This document shows, piece by piece, positions 14,614 to 30,102 of a stretch of DNA of 64,000 bases. The first letter of the stretch is position 1. Every line of letters begins with the position of its first letter. Source of the DNA: Stegostoma tigrinum (Eukaryota); assembly GCF_030684315.1 (NCBI RefSeq), contig NC_081391.1, positions 21,226,629-21,290,628 of the forward strand, written 5' to 3'. The translations under genes and the position numbers were made by a program. Below the pieces are notes generated by a model that did no database searches, was not told where the DNA came from, and saw only the letters and a list, made by a program, of their open reading frames with translations.

Positions 14614-15528
14614 CAGAGATAATGGGAACTGCAGATGCTGGAGATTCCAAGATGATAAAATGTGAGGCTGGATGAACACAGCAGGCCAAGCAGCATCTCA
14701 GGAGCACAAAAGCTGACGTTTCGGGCCTAGACCCTTCATCAGAGAGGGGGATGGGGGGAGGGAACTGGAATAAATAGGGAGAGAGGGGGAGGGGGACCGA
14801 AGATGGAGAGCAAAGAAGATAGGTGGAGAGGGTGTAGGTGGGGAGGTAGGGAGGGGATAGGTCAGTCCAGGGAAGACGGACAGGTCAAGGAGGTGGGATG
14901 AGGTTAGTAGGTAGCTGGGGGTGCGGCTGGGGGTGGGAGGAAGGGATGGGTGAGAGGAAGAACCGGTTAGGGAGGCAGAGACAGGTTGGACTGGTTTTGG
15001 GATGCAGTGGGTGGGGGGGAAGAGCTGGGCTGGTTGTGTGGTGCAGTGGGGGGAGGGGATGAACTGGGCTGGTTTAGGGATGCAGTGGGGGAAGGGGAGA
15101 TTTTGAAACTGGTGAAGTCCACATTGATACCGTATGGCTGCAGGGTTCCCAGGCGGAATATGAGTTGCTGTTCCTGCAACCTTCGGGTGGCATCATTGTG
15201 GCAGTGCAGGAGGCCCATGATGGACATGTCATCAAGAGAATGGGAGGGGGAGTGGAAATGGTTTGCGACTGGGAGGTGCAGTTGTTTGTTGCGAACTGAG
15301 CGGAGGTGTTCTGCAAAGCGGTCCCCAAGCCTCCTCCCCACCTACACCCTCTCCACCTATCTTCTTTGCTCTCCATCTTCGGTCCGCCTCCCCCTCTCTC
15401 CCTATTTATTCCAGTTCCCTCCCCCCATCCCCCTCTCTGATGAAGGGTCTAGGCCCGAAACGTCAGCTTTTGTGCTCCTGAGATGCTGCTTGGCCTGCTG
15501 TGTTCATCCAGCCTCACATTTTATCATC
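14614..15528 (-). mobile_element. Penelope-like retroelement, 5'-truncated, with inverted terminal segment
   Basis: Minus-strand GIY-YIG C-terminal peptide RRLGDRFAEHLRSVRNKQLHLPVANHF...RRLQEQQLIFRLGTLQPYGIN. 196-bp inverted repeat 14651-14846/15333-15528. 37-bp unpaired tail 14614-14650. 14-15-bp TSD (c)ctgaattacaatgt. Empty paralogous site at about 57893. Three ~39-bp G-rich subrepeats at about 14985-15100. Confidence 0.9.
15437..15464 (+). ncRNA. Minimal hammerhead-ribozyme-like core in the Penelope terminal repeat (mirror copy at 14715-14742, minus strand)
   Basis: CTGATGA-a-GGGT(CTAG)GCCC-GAAAC-GTC. Minimal hammerheads are known from Penelope-like elements. Helix I is weak and there is an extra A, so activity is uncertain. 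Confidence 0.55.
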
Positions 15529-18500
15529 CTGAATTACAATGTGACTGGTTTGTGTAAGGGCTTTAACAGGATCAGGCTATCACTGACAGGCAGCATTTAT
15601 TATCCATCTCTGATTACATTATCCATCTCTGATTACCCCCCCCCCCCCAGCCCATGAGTAATTCAAATTAAAACCCTTTGCTGTGGGGTTACACATAGGC
15701 CAGATCAGGTAAGGATGGCAGTTTCTTACAAACAAGGACATTAGTGAACCAGAAGAGGCTTGGTTGGACCCTGTCTTCTGGAATGAGAATGATGTGCGTG
15801 AAATTCAGTGATGTCAGACAGACTCAGGATAACAGGTAGCAGTCTAACACTCCAGAATGTTGACAGCCTCCATCAAACGAGTAGCCACTCTCGTCAATCC
15901 TTCCACCACTGACATACGCGGAGACTGCAATATATACCATCTACCAAAGCTCCTTAGACAACTTCTTAAAACCATAACTACTTTCCATCGGACAAGGGCT
16001 GCAGATATGTAGGAACACCACGCATCTCCACATTCTACACCAAGCCACCGATCACCCGGCGTTGGAATCGTAACCCCACGTTCCCTCCCTAACAGCAGTA
16101 TGGATTTGCCTACACCAAATGGGCTACAGTAATGCAAGAAGGCAAATCACCACATTCTCTAAACTAATGTTGGCCCTGATCTCTGAGGGGTTCAAATACC
16201 TCTGGATGGAGAGGTTTTGGTGAAATTGTCAAGTTCCTGTTCAACCATAGCTGGAGTGCACAGTTCTGGCAGGTTCGACCCAAAGATGGTTATGCACAGA
16301 ATTTCTGGAAGTAACCTGGACAGAGAGATGGTTAATTCATGATAATGGCTTGTCCAGTCCGTCTGTGTAGAAGGTTAAGGGATGGCTGTAATTGATATTT
16401 TTCGGAGGATTAATGGATTTGACAGGGTAGAGAGGAAAGAACCCATTTCTTCTCGATGATCATCTCGGACTGTGCGTAGAATGGGATGACAATCTTCACA
16501 TGAGAACTACATCATCCAGGACCATGTCAAAAACAGTTACTTTGTGGAAAGGACAATATCTGCACGCACAGATATTTACTGCACAAGGTTTGATGTTGCC
16601 AATCACTTTCCAATTTCAAGACATAAAAAAAGTGAGTAATGCATTTTCGTAGAAGAAACACAGAAAGACAAAACAGGCTCGATGTTACAAATCTGATGTG
16701 AGTACAGGAGCTCAGAGACTTTCGGTTTCAAGTATGTGATTATCTGAAAGTGATCAGGCAGGATGAAACTGTTATTAATGGAGATTTAGCCACTTATGTG
16801 AACCTTGTGTTTTCAAATTGAGGCATCGAGTATAAAAGCAACGAATTGATGTTACACCTCTACAAATCATTGGTTAGACCACCTTTCCATTATGTACTCA
16901 GTTCTGGGCGTGGCATTCAAGGCAGGACATGAAAAACCTCAAAAGAGTTCAAAGGAGATTTATTAGAATGACCCCAGGAGTGAGGAATTTTAGATACACG
17001 GAAAGATGAAGGAAAATGGGGTAAATCTCCTTGCAGGTGACCTTATTGAGAGGTGACCTTGTTGACGTGATCAAAACTATGAACAATTTTGATAGAGTAA
17101 ACACGATATTCTGATTTCAGCAGTTGACTTGTCAGTGACGAGGGGTCACAGTTTGTCAGTAGGGGAGATCAGAGTGAAATGGGAAGAAACCTCTTAACTC
17201 AGAAAGTTGTTCGGATTTGGAATGTGCTGCCTGGGAGAGTGACGGAGGTGGATTCCATGGGTGGTTTCAAAACAAGAGTTGGATATGTCCTTGGAAGTGA
17301 CGAATTTAGAGAGTGACAGAGATAGGGCTGGAAAGTGGGACTAATCAGGTAGCTCGTTCAGAAGCTATTACAGGAACGGTGGGCTGAATGGCCTCCTGTT
17401 GTGAAAAACGCTCTGAATTTCCACTCAGGAAATTCTGAGAGTTTGGGGACGGGGTTTGAATTCCACCTGTAGAAGGCAACTTCCATGTGGGAAAGCTGTT
17501 ACACGCCAGCAGAGACATGGTCCTTTACACAAGGTAGACCCAGTTCCACTGGCAAAGAAATGTTGACTGGGGATCCCCCCACTGCTGGCCAACACCCACT
17601 GTCACAGCCAACGATCGCACACACCTATCTTCCACCTGGATGGCCGTTGGGAACTTGTTTTGCATTGCACTTTATCAGGACCCTCCCCTCGATCGTACCA
17701 TCCTGGGTGGCGCTGCCAGGAGGTGAAATCTTCTTCAGGTATCACTCTGAGAACCAACAGAACACTCGAGGCTCTCCATCACTGCGAGGTGACAATCCAC
17801 AGGCAGGAGCTGGAGGCAGGGAGATTCTGCTCAGGTACAGACCCACCACAGAATCGGAGAATTGTTATGGCACAGCAGGAGGCCATTCGGTCCTTTGTGC
17901 CTGTACCTGTTCTGGTTGTTTTCTAAATCTGCCTGTAGAGATGATTTAAGATCTCTGGATCTGGTAGGAACTTGTACCAAGGCCTCCTGGTCCACAGCTA
18001 GGGACATTACCCCTTCACCACAAGACCCTGGCTGCGCTGGTTGCACAAACGTGGAATCATAGAAAATAAATGTTGAGTCGGCCATTCATCCCTTCCAGCC
18101 TGCTCTGCCATTCCATGTGATTGTGGCTGATTCCATAACTCAGCACCATATTCTCACCATCTCTGCATTCCCTTTTGATCCAGCCCTCAAAGCTCTCCCC
18201 AATTCCTGTTTTGGCTTCAATCGTTTTCTGTGGCAGAGAATTCCACAGGTTCCACCACTTCGCCCCCCGAGGTGAAGAGATTTCTCCTCACCTCAGTTCT
18301 AAATGTATCCTTAGACTGCAAACCCTGGTCCTGAACTCCCCCATAATCAGGAACATCCTTCCTGTCTTTTCCACAGCTGACACTGTTATAATTTTCTATG
18401 ACCCAGAGACAATTTCCCAACTTTCTTTCCCAAATCCCAGCACAACAAGCTGAGAAACTGATGCCCCTCTTCCTCATTGAATCCCTCGTGCAGTTGCTCA

Positions 18501-18633
18501 CAACCACCTTAATTAAAAAAAATGTGAAAACTTTTCTCAAACCAAATTGACTTCTTTTAGAAAAGAACCAAATGACCTATGACCTGAGTGAGTGGTGCAG
18601 CAGATTTGAGATGCCGAATGGCCTCCTGCTGTT

Positions 18634-18895
18634 CCAATCACAGAATAACCATCCAGACCTGGCTCTCATCTCCACTTCTGATCAGCTCTGCTTAACACAC
18701 CCTCCCCCTCTCTCTCATTGGTGCCTGTATGCAGGGGTGGTTCCTGATTGGCCAGCAGCAACTGTCAGTCATCATCAGTTCTGCCTCTCTCTGTGTGACT
18801 GCAGGATGGTCCCAGGACTATAAATACAAGAGCCTGTGGGAGAGAGAGACTTAGTTCTAGAGTTTTCTTGGTGCTTGTGAGCAGGAATAGTGAAG
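18634..18895 (+). promoter_or_regulatory. Ferritin copy 3 promoter
   Basis: CCAAT, CACCC box, CTGATTGGCCA (Y-box/NF-Y-like), TATAAATA 18819-18826. Confidence 0.75.
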
Positions 18896-21172
<2,277 letters not shown>

Positions 21173-23614
21173 GTGGGGTCAATAATATCTTTGTTTATGG
21201 TGACATAATCCAAATAATTTGGTTGTGCTCTGCGCAAATTAAAGTAGTGTTCACCATGGAACTGAGTACTTTGCATAATTTCACAGCTGCTTCTGGCTCT
21301 TGGTATTGCTGTTTGACACCTGATCATTAAATCCTCCTGTTATTTCTGATTAACCTTTGATTCAATGCCTGCCCCAGTAGTTTGCTCTCTTTTTTCTCTT
21401 GTCTATAGGAATTAAGTGGGCAATCCTTGTAGTGGAAATTCAGTGTTGTCTGTGGTGTTTTTGGGTTTGGCTTGTAAGCAGTGTTGTACTGACAATCAAT
21501 TTTTCAGGACCAGCTTCTAGTCAATACCCTGATTGAGCAGCCCCCTGTCTAAATGTTTTTCTGAGCTAGAGCCCTTCCCTGTGCTATGTTTAGGTCTCGT
21601 TGAGATAAGCAGCTACCGGAAATCTCTGGTATGGCAGCATCTGTGCAGGGGAAACTGTTCTCGGTCCCAGGACCTGAGACACATCATCTTTTGACAAGTG
21701 TTGCCAGACCTGTGAGGTTTTTCCAGCAATTTGTTCTTTCACTTGGAATTTAATATTTGTGCGTACATTCACTCTTTCAAACAGGAATACCAAGTAAAAC
21801 ATTTAGCATCAAAGATGCACTGCTTTTTTCAGTTTTTTTTGATAAGCAATTGCTCCCACAAGTAGGGAATCGGTTTCTCTCTCCTTTTCCCCTTTCTGCC
21901 TTAGCAGTGGTGGAAGGACTTTGTCCAGTGGCTGCATCTTGGAGAATGGCAAAATCAGCTTTCCCTTGTATCAGTCTCTCTCGTCATTTAGAATGACCTG
22001 TATTTGGAAATGCAGCAGTGCGCACCTTGGAGCCCATGTGGTAGAACTTCTAGCATTGCTCTGCAATGCAGAGATAACAAATGCCAAGGGCACATGGTGA
22101 AAATAAAGCTGGAACCAAACTACCACTGGCAGAAAACAGCAGTTCAGATTTTTACCTTATTTACAATGAAATCAGCGCTCCTGCAGCTGACTGCACATGT
22201 GCTGCACTATGGCTGCCTAATTTGTGATGGTCTCCTTTTTATTAAAAGGATAGTGTTTATTCTCCATGTCTAATTGTCCCAAGGCCAGGCCAGAGTCAAA
22301 CAATTACTGTAGTTGTAGGGTCATATGCAGGCCAGACCAGTTAAGGATGGGTTTTTGGCACTTAAGCTAATGATTAGCATTAAGTTAAATCCAGAGTGTT
22401 GTTAGGAGAACAGTCCAACACTCCAGAAACTTGATTGGCTTCCATCTCCAAGCAGCCACTGGATTGCCTCTTTCCAACACTGTGTGGGGACTGCAATGGG
22501 TATCACCTCCCAATTCCTATACAAATCCACCAAAGCATTCTAAAGCCCCTATTACTTGCCATGGGAGAAGGATATCTGATACATGGGAACATCACGCTCT
22601 GTAATTTCTACACCAAGCTACTTGCTGTGCTGAGTTGGAAACATAACCCCATTCCTCCAGCATTGGTAGATCAGAATCCTGGAATTCCCTCAAAGGCAAC
22701 ATTGTGGATCTGCCTGCGCCACATGGGCAACAGCAATTCAAGAAGGCAAGCCACCATGTTCTCTAATCTAATGTTAAGCCTGACCTCAGAGTGGTTCACA
22801 TACCTCTGGACAGAAGTTCTTTGGTGAAATTGTCAAGTTCAATTACATCAGGACTGCACAGGTCTAGCAGTTTTGACCCAAAGCTGGTTATGCACAAAAC
22901 TTTGAGAATGAACCTGGGCAGAGAGCTGATTAATTGATTACAATGATAATGTTTGCCCAAGCGCCCCCGCCACCCTGTGTAGAAGTGTAAAGGATGCCTG
23001 TGCTTGAAGTTTCCAAGTGAATTTGAGAGGATAGTTAGAGAGATCCTGCTTCTTTCCAATCCTCATCTAGGATTGCGAGTGGGGAATATGATTACATTCC
23101 GAGTATTAGCTGTAAATCATCCATCATGAAGCCAAAAACAGCTTTGTTTTGGAAAGGATAATATGTGAATGAGCAGTTAGATTTTTTTATTCAGTAAGAT
23201 TTGATGTTGCCAATCGCTTTCAAATTTCAACATAAAAGATGAATGCATTTTGGTTGAAGAAACATGGAAAGACATAACAGGCTTGAGGTTACAAATCTGA
23301 GGTGAGTACAGGAGCAGAGGGACTTTGGGTTCAAGTGTATGATTATTGGAAAGTGACCGAGCGGGACTAAGCTGCTATGAAGAAGGCTTTTGTGAAATGT
23401 GTGTTTTCAAATAAACGCAGACAGAATAAAAGTGAGGAATAGATGTTACACCTCTACAAATCATTGGTTCGACCACATTTGCAGTGGTGTGTTCAGTTCT
23501 GGGCGTGGTATTTAAGGAAGGACATTAAAGCCCTGCACAGAGTTCAAAGGGTATTTACGAGAATGACCTGATTGAGTGGTGCAGAAGGTTTGAGAGGCTG
23601 AATGAACTCCTGGT

Positions 23615-23843
23615 CCAATCACAGAATAACCATCCAGACCTGGCTCTCATCTCCACCTCTGATCAGCTCTGCTTAACACACCCTCCCCCTCTCTCTCATT
23701 GGTGCCTGTATGCATGGGTGGTTCCTGATTGGCTGGCAGCGACTATCAGTCATCATCAGTTCTGCCTCTCTCTGTGTGAGTGCAGGACGGCCCCAGGAGT
23801 ATAAATACAGAGCTTGTGGGCGAGCAACTCAGTTCTAGAGTGA
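23615..23843 (+). promoter_or_regulatory. Ferritin copy 4 promoter
   Basis: Same conserved block; TATAAATA 23800-23807; separated from the ATG by a fold-back insertion. Confidence 0.7.
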
Positions 23844-24053
23844 GAGATAATGGGAACTGCAAATGCTGGAGAATCCAAGATAATAAAATGTGAGGCTGGA
23901 TGAACACAGCAGGCCAAGCAGCATCTCAGGAGAACAAAAGCTGACGTTTCGGGCCTAGACCCTTCAGAAGGGTCTCGGCCCGAAACGTCAGCTTTGGTGC
24001 TCCTGAGATGCTGCTTGGCCTGCTGTGTTCATCCAGCCTCACATTTTATTATC
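23844..24053. mobile_element. Penelope-derived non-autonomous fold-back element in the 5'UTR of copy 4
   Basis: Same terminal sequence as the 14614 element; 87-bp arms 23879-23965/23967-24053 with about 3 mismatches; 15-16-bp TSD (c)tcagttctagagtga. Confidence 0.9.
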
Positions 24054-24098
24054 TCAGTTCTAGAGTGATCTTGGTTATAATCAGTAGGGATAGTGAAG

Positions 24099-27044
24099 AT
24101 GGCTTCCCCAGTGTGTCAGAACTACCACAAGGACTGTGAGGATGCTGTTCACAAACAGATCGACCTGGAGCTCTGTTCCTCCTATGTTTATCTCTCCACG
24201 GTGAGCCTTGTGACATTGAAGATCTGACCTCAAATTGAAGCCTGTGATATATTTGCATTGACCCTCAGGTTTATTTTCTTGCCTCGTTTAATGATTTAGC
24301 TGTAGCATGTGTTCTGGTCTGTGGCCCTTCCCTGAGTGAATCCAGTAAAATTGTTAACACCGACTCTGTTGGAAACTTGAAGTTTATGTTGTGTTCTAAC
24401 TGAGTCATGGGCGACATTTACCACTTATCTCTGGACAATGTACACCCTAGTGATTTTTCTTCATGCTGTGAAGGGATGAGCTGGCGTTGCTGATGAGCCT
24501 ATACTTTTCTTAAAGTTGGTTGCAACTTTTTTGTTAGAAAAGCTTTCCCTCGTGTGAAAATTTCAAAGCAACATGTACTCTCACTCACTTTATGCAAAAT
24601 GTACTCGCACTCTTAAAATGTTGCCCCATTCACCAGGCTGCCCTCTGCTCTGGCCCTAAATGAGTTTTTTTCTTTTCTAAAAGAACAGCAACTGCTGGAA
24701 ATTAGAAACAGCAACAAAAAGAGCTGGAATAGCTTTACAGATCTGGCAGGACTTAGAGAAACCAGTTCATGTTTTGGGTCCAGTGACTCTTCCTCAGAAG
24801 TAGGTTTCTCAGCTATTCAGTAGGAGGAAGGACAAGTGTGGTATGTTTTCACACTCCAAATGTGAATTACTGAAAAAGAAACCAGTTAGAATTCAGTGCT
24901 GGGGAGAAGGTAGGACAGAGTGGGGTTATTCAGGTGGGTGATGATGGTAATGCTGGACCTCACTGCAAATCCTGGCCGTTGGTGGGTGTGTGTGTGTGTG
25001 TGTCCCTGATTGGCTGGTTGTGTGCCCTCTGTTTAGGATGTAATCCATGGAAAAAGCCTTCCTGCTTTACAGATCTGGCAGGATCACATTCCAGTAATTG
25101 CATGTACAGTTCTGGTCGCCACATTACCAAAAGGATGTGAATGATTTGGAAGGGGGTGCAGAGGAGGTTCACCAGGATATTGCCTGGTATGGAGGGTGCT
25201 AGCTATGAAGAAAGGATGAGTAGATTAGGATTATTTTCATGAGAAGGAGGGCGATTGAGGGGATGGTGGGTGGCCTGATTTGAGGTCGACAAAATCGTGA
25301 GGGGCATAGACAAGGTGGACAGCAAGAAGCTTTTTCGCCAGAGTGAGACTCACTTTCTAGGGTTCACGAGTTCAATGTAAGAGGAGGAAAGTTTAGCGGG
25401 GAATCAGGTTAGATTCCCACAGTGTGGAAAGAGGCCTTTTAGCCCAAAAGTACCACACCGCCCCTTTGAAGCATCCCAAACAGACCCATCCCCTATAACC
25501 CCCACACCTCTGAACCCTACGGGCAATTTATCATGTGGATATGTGTGGAGAAGTTCTTTACCCAGAGATTGGTGGGTGCCTGGCACATGCTGCCCGTGGA
25601 GGTGGTAGACGCAGTCACGCTCGTGTCTTTTAAGATGTGTGGGGACAGGTACATGGATGAGCAGGGAGCAAAGAGATACAAACCCTTAGAAAAGAGATGA
25701 CAGATTTAGACCGGATCTCAATCGGTGCAGGCTTGGATGGTCAAAGAGCCCGTTCCTGTGCTGTAATTTTCTTTGTTCTTAAATGTGGAATCAAGATGGT
25801 GACCAGGTTAGTTTCTGATTGAGGAGTGCCATTGATGAATTTCAGCTATGTTTCCTTTTCCTGCCTTTCTCCTCCCCACAGTTCTCTTACTTTGACCGGG
25901 ATTATGTTACCCTGCGTCACTTTGCTGAGTTCTTCAAGGCGCAGTCCCATGAGGAGCGAGAACATGCTGAGAAACTGATCACGTTCCAGAATAAACGTGG
26001 AGGCCAAGTCCACCTGCAGGACATCAAGATTGGATTCTAACCTTTTTTAATCTGCTCACGACAATTGACTGGTATCTCAATATGTTCAGCTTCAAGACTG
26101 AACAAATACTATGAACGGGAGGCTGTTCACCACAATGAGGCTCCTTTAAAAGGAAATACTTTGCACTTGTGATTGAATAACAGTCAGCAATTGTGATCAT
26201 CCAGAATACTGGATGGTGAGCAAATGTCAGCGTCTAACGCTTCTTTGGACAAGATGAGCTATCAAAAGGTAAGACAGAAAATTGTCAGGTGTGGGAAGCA
26301 TTTGATGCAGCCCTTCCACATCTAGAAGATGTTTCTGATGCCTGGGGATCATTCTGATCACTGAATAGTAGGATATGTTTGGAAAATTTCCTCTTCAAGA
26401 AAAGAATAGTACAACATCTGGCAGGTGTTTAACCAAGGTAAAGTTGGTCTGAAGTACCTCCCCTACAATGATGAGGGATAACTAACTGATCAGATGTAGA
26501 CTAATGATAGAACTGCCTGCTGAGCTGTGCTTTCTGTTCCTGCTTCCATCCCTCCAGAAGCCAGAGCAGGATGAGTGGAGCAATGGTCTGGAGGCAATGC
26601 AGAGAGCTCTGCAGATGGAGAAGGATGTGAACCAGAGTCTGCTGGATCTGCACAAACTCGCATCTGGCCACACTGACCCTCATGTGAGTTTGTAAACTTT
26701 CTTCTTGGAAGAAAGTGGTGTGTTTGTGCACTCTCTGGGTAAACATCCAATTACCTTCTCCCAGCCTCCTGCAGGCTGTTAAAACAAACATACAAATGCA
26801 TCACCTCAGTGGACCTCCACATGGTGGTGATGGTCACATCTGTCATGGGGGTCACTTTCAGACACTTTTGATCCTCTGGATTAATTTTCTCTTCCAGCTG
26901 TGTGACTTCCTGGAGAGGCAATACTTGGATGAGCAAGTGAAGATGATCAAGAAGCTGGGAGATCACATCACCAACCTGAAGAGACTGGGAGCCCCTGACA
27001 ATGGCATGGGAGAGTACCTGTTTGACAGGCTCACACTCAGCTGA
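24099..27044 (+). pseudogene. Ferritin copy 4, probable pseudogene
   Basis: Exons 24099-24200, 25882-26028, 26558-26683, 26898-27044. The intron 2 donor is mutated GT>AT (26029-26030). Many private missense changes (Q4P, N18H, N22D, Y26C, M34T, D42Y, A44T, E54A, R76Q, L78H). A 210-bp palindromic insertion sits in the 5'UTR. Confidence 0.85.
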
Positions 27045-29123
27045 ATGGGGTCAATAATGTGAATGTTGTACATGGTGACATAATGCTAGTAACTTGGTTG
27101 TGCTCTGAGCAAATTAAAATAGTGTTCACCATGCAACTGAGTACTTTGCATAATTTCACAGCTGTTTCTGGCTCTTGGTATTGCTGTTTGACACCTGATC
27201 ATGAAGTGTTTTTCTGTTCTGATTAACCTTTGATTCAATGCCTGCCCCACTGGTTTGCTCCTTTTCTCTTGTTTGTAGGAATTAGGTGGGCAATCCTTGT
27301 AGTGGAAATTCCACAAGTGTTCAGTTTGGGTTTTTTGGCTAGTAAGCAGTGTTGTATTGACTTTTTTATTCCAAACCAGCTTCTGATCAATATCTTCAGT
27401 GAAACCAGCCCCCTGTCTCAATGTTAGACACTGCCCTTGCAAATGTTTAGGTCTCTTTTGTAAATAAGCAGGGGCAGGAAATAGCAGGTTTGGGGAGCAT
27501 CTGTGGAGAGAAAACTGTTCAGTCCCAGGACCCAAGCTTTCCAGCAATTTTGTTGTCGCACTTCAAATCTAATGATTTGAGCATACATTCACTCTTTTTG
27601 GAACAGGAATATATATAGCAGAACATCCAGCATTTCAGATGCACTGATCTTTAGCATTTAGATAAGCAATTGTGTCCAGACCTCGGAAATTGGTTTCTCT
27701 CTTTTGCTGCGGTGGTGGAAGGAGTGAGGGCAGTGGCTGTTTGTAGGAGAATGGCAAAGTTTGTTTTCTTGTGTATCAGTCTCTCTGCTTCAAGACAATG
27801 ATCCTGATTAGGTAATGAAGCAGTCCCCACCTTCGAGCCCCTGTGGTAGAACTTCTATCACTTCTCTGCAGTCTAAGGACGCCAAATGCTCATGACACCA
27901 GGAGAAAATAAAGCTCGAACCCAAATGCCACTGGCAGAAATCAGCAGTTCCTATTCTTAGCAAGGAAATAAGCTCTCCTTATGTAGATTGACTGACTGGA
28001 ATGTACCTACACCTGCAGAGCACTCTGGCTGCCTAATTACTGATGCTCAGGGGTGACAGATTCCTTTATAAAAAGGATGAGGATGTCTCTGAGCTGACAC
28101 CATTTATTTATCCATTTCCGATTGCCCCCCGCCAAAGCCAGGTCAGAGTGTCACGCTTTGCTGTGGTTGCAGTGTCATATGCAGGCCAGACTAAGTAAGG
28201 ATGCATTTTTGACACTGAATTTAATGCTCCTCATCAGTTTCTTAATTCTAGAACTCCAGAGAGTTGTTGCACAGAATTAGAAGATCAGTCCACCACTCCA
28301 GAAATGTGATGGCCTCCCGCTCCCACCAGCCACGAGATTCATTCTTTGCACCACTGACACACACAGAGTACACTGTGTACTGCCTCCCAAAAGCTGTAGA
28401 AATCCACCATCGCTCCTGAGACAATACTTTCCATAGCCCTAATTACGTGCCATGGGAGAAAGGCATCTGATACAGGGGAACACCACCCCCTCTAACTACT
28501 CCACCAAGCTACATGCCATCCTGAGTTGGAAACGTGACCCGCCATGCTCCAGTGTCGGTGGATCAGAATCCTGGAATTCCCTCACTCGGAACATTATGGA
28601 TCTGACGACAGCAAATAGGCAACAGCAATTTAAGAAGGAAAGCCACCACATTCTCTCATGGTGGGCCTGATCTCAGACCGGGTCCAATACCTCTGGATGG
28701 GCCTTCTTTTGTGAAATTGTCAAGTCCTAGTTCAACCCCATCTGGAGTGCACTGTTCCAGTAGGTTCAATCCAAAGATGCTTATGCACAGAATTTCTGGA
28801 ATGAACCTGGGCAGAAAGTTAATTGGCTACGATGATAATAGTTTTCCCAAGTCTCTCGGTGTAGAAGTGGAAGGGATGTCTGTGCTTGAAATTTACAAGT
28901 GGATTCATGGATTTGATAGGGTAGACAGAGAGATCCTGCTTCTTTTCAATTCCATTCCAGGACCGAGAGTGGGGAATATAATTACATTCCTAGCAGTAGA
29001 AGTAAGTCATCCATGATAAAGCAAAAAACAGCTGCTTTTTGGAAAGGATAATATGTGAATGAGCAGTTAGATATTTATTCGGTAAGATATTGATGTTGCC
29101 AATCACTTTCCCATTGCAACATA

Positions 29124-30102
29124 TGACCAAACAGGTAGATGAGAGAAAACCGGTTGATGTGGTGTATATGGATTTCGGCAAGGCTTTCGATTAGGCTCTT
29201 GTACAAAATACGGAGGAATGGGATTGTGGGAGATATAGCAGTTTGGATCAGAAATTAGCTTGCTGAAAGAAGACAGGGTGGTGGTTGATGGGAAATGTTC
29301 ATCCTGGAGACCAGTTACTCGCGGTGTACCGCAAGGGTCCGTGTTGGGTCCACTGCTGTTTGTCATTTTTATAAACGTAGAAGGATGGGTTAGTAAATTT
29401 GCAGACGACACGAAGGTCGGTGGAGATGTGGATAGTGACGAAGAATGTTGTAGGTTACAGAGAGACGTGGATAAGTTGCAGAGCTGGGCTGAGAGGTGGC
29501 AAACGGAGGTTAATGCGGACAAGTGTGAGGTGATGTACTTTGGTAGGAGGATCCGGAAGGCAAAGTACTGTAAGATTCTTGGTAGTGTAGATGAGCAGAG
29601 AGATCTCGGTGACCATGTACACAGATCCTTGAAAGTTGCCACCCAGGTTGACAGGGTTGTTAAGAAGGCCTAGAGTGTTTTAGCTTTTATGAATCCAGGG
29701 ATCATGTTCCGGAACCAAGAGGTTATGCTGCAGCTGTACAAAACTCTGGTGCGGCCACACTTGGAGCATTGCGTACAGTTCTGGTCACCGCGTTATAAGA
29801 AGGATGTGGAAGTTTTGGAAAGGGTGCAGAGGAGGTTTACTAGGATGTTGCCTGGTATGGAGGGAAAGTCTTACGAGGAAAGGCTGAGGGACTTGAGGCT
29901 GTTCTCGTTAGAGAGAAGAAGGTTGAGAGGTGACTTAATTGAGGCATATAAGATAATCAAAGGGTTAGACAGGTTGGATAGGGAGAGCCTTTTCCCTAGG
30001 ACGGAAACGGCGAGCACGATGGGGCATAGCTTTAAATTGAGGGGTGAAAGATATAGGACAGATGTCAGAGGTAGTTACTTTACTCAGAGAATAGTAAGGG
30101 TG
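29124..30102 (+). mobile_element. CR1-type LINE subfamily B, 5'-truncated and 3'-deleted
   Basis: GVPQGSVLGPLLF, SKFADD, LYKTLVRPHL; begins after AACATA; breaks off at about 30102, where paralogs continue tggaacg. Confidence 0.9.

Noticed and set aside
14985-15100. Pro/Ser-rich repeat protein or CRISPR-like repeats
   Set aside because: These are three 39-bp subrepeats inside the Penelope element, with no spacers or cas genes, in a eukaryotic context.
18854-18869. Heat-shock-element-like TTCtaGAGttTTC in the leaders of copies 3, 6 and 10
   Set aside because: Imperfect, downstream of the TATA box and not retained in other copies; likely chance.
28711-29016. ORF MKLSS...GFDRVDREILLLF repeated three times as a novel gene
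   Set aside because: Matches a decayed CR1 ORF2 C-terminus and is interrupted by stops in the other spacers.
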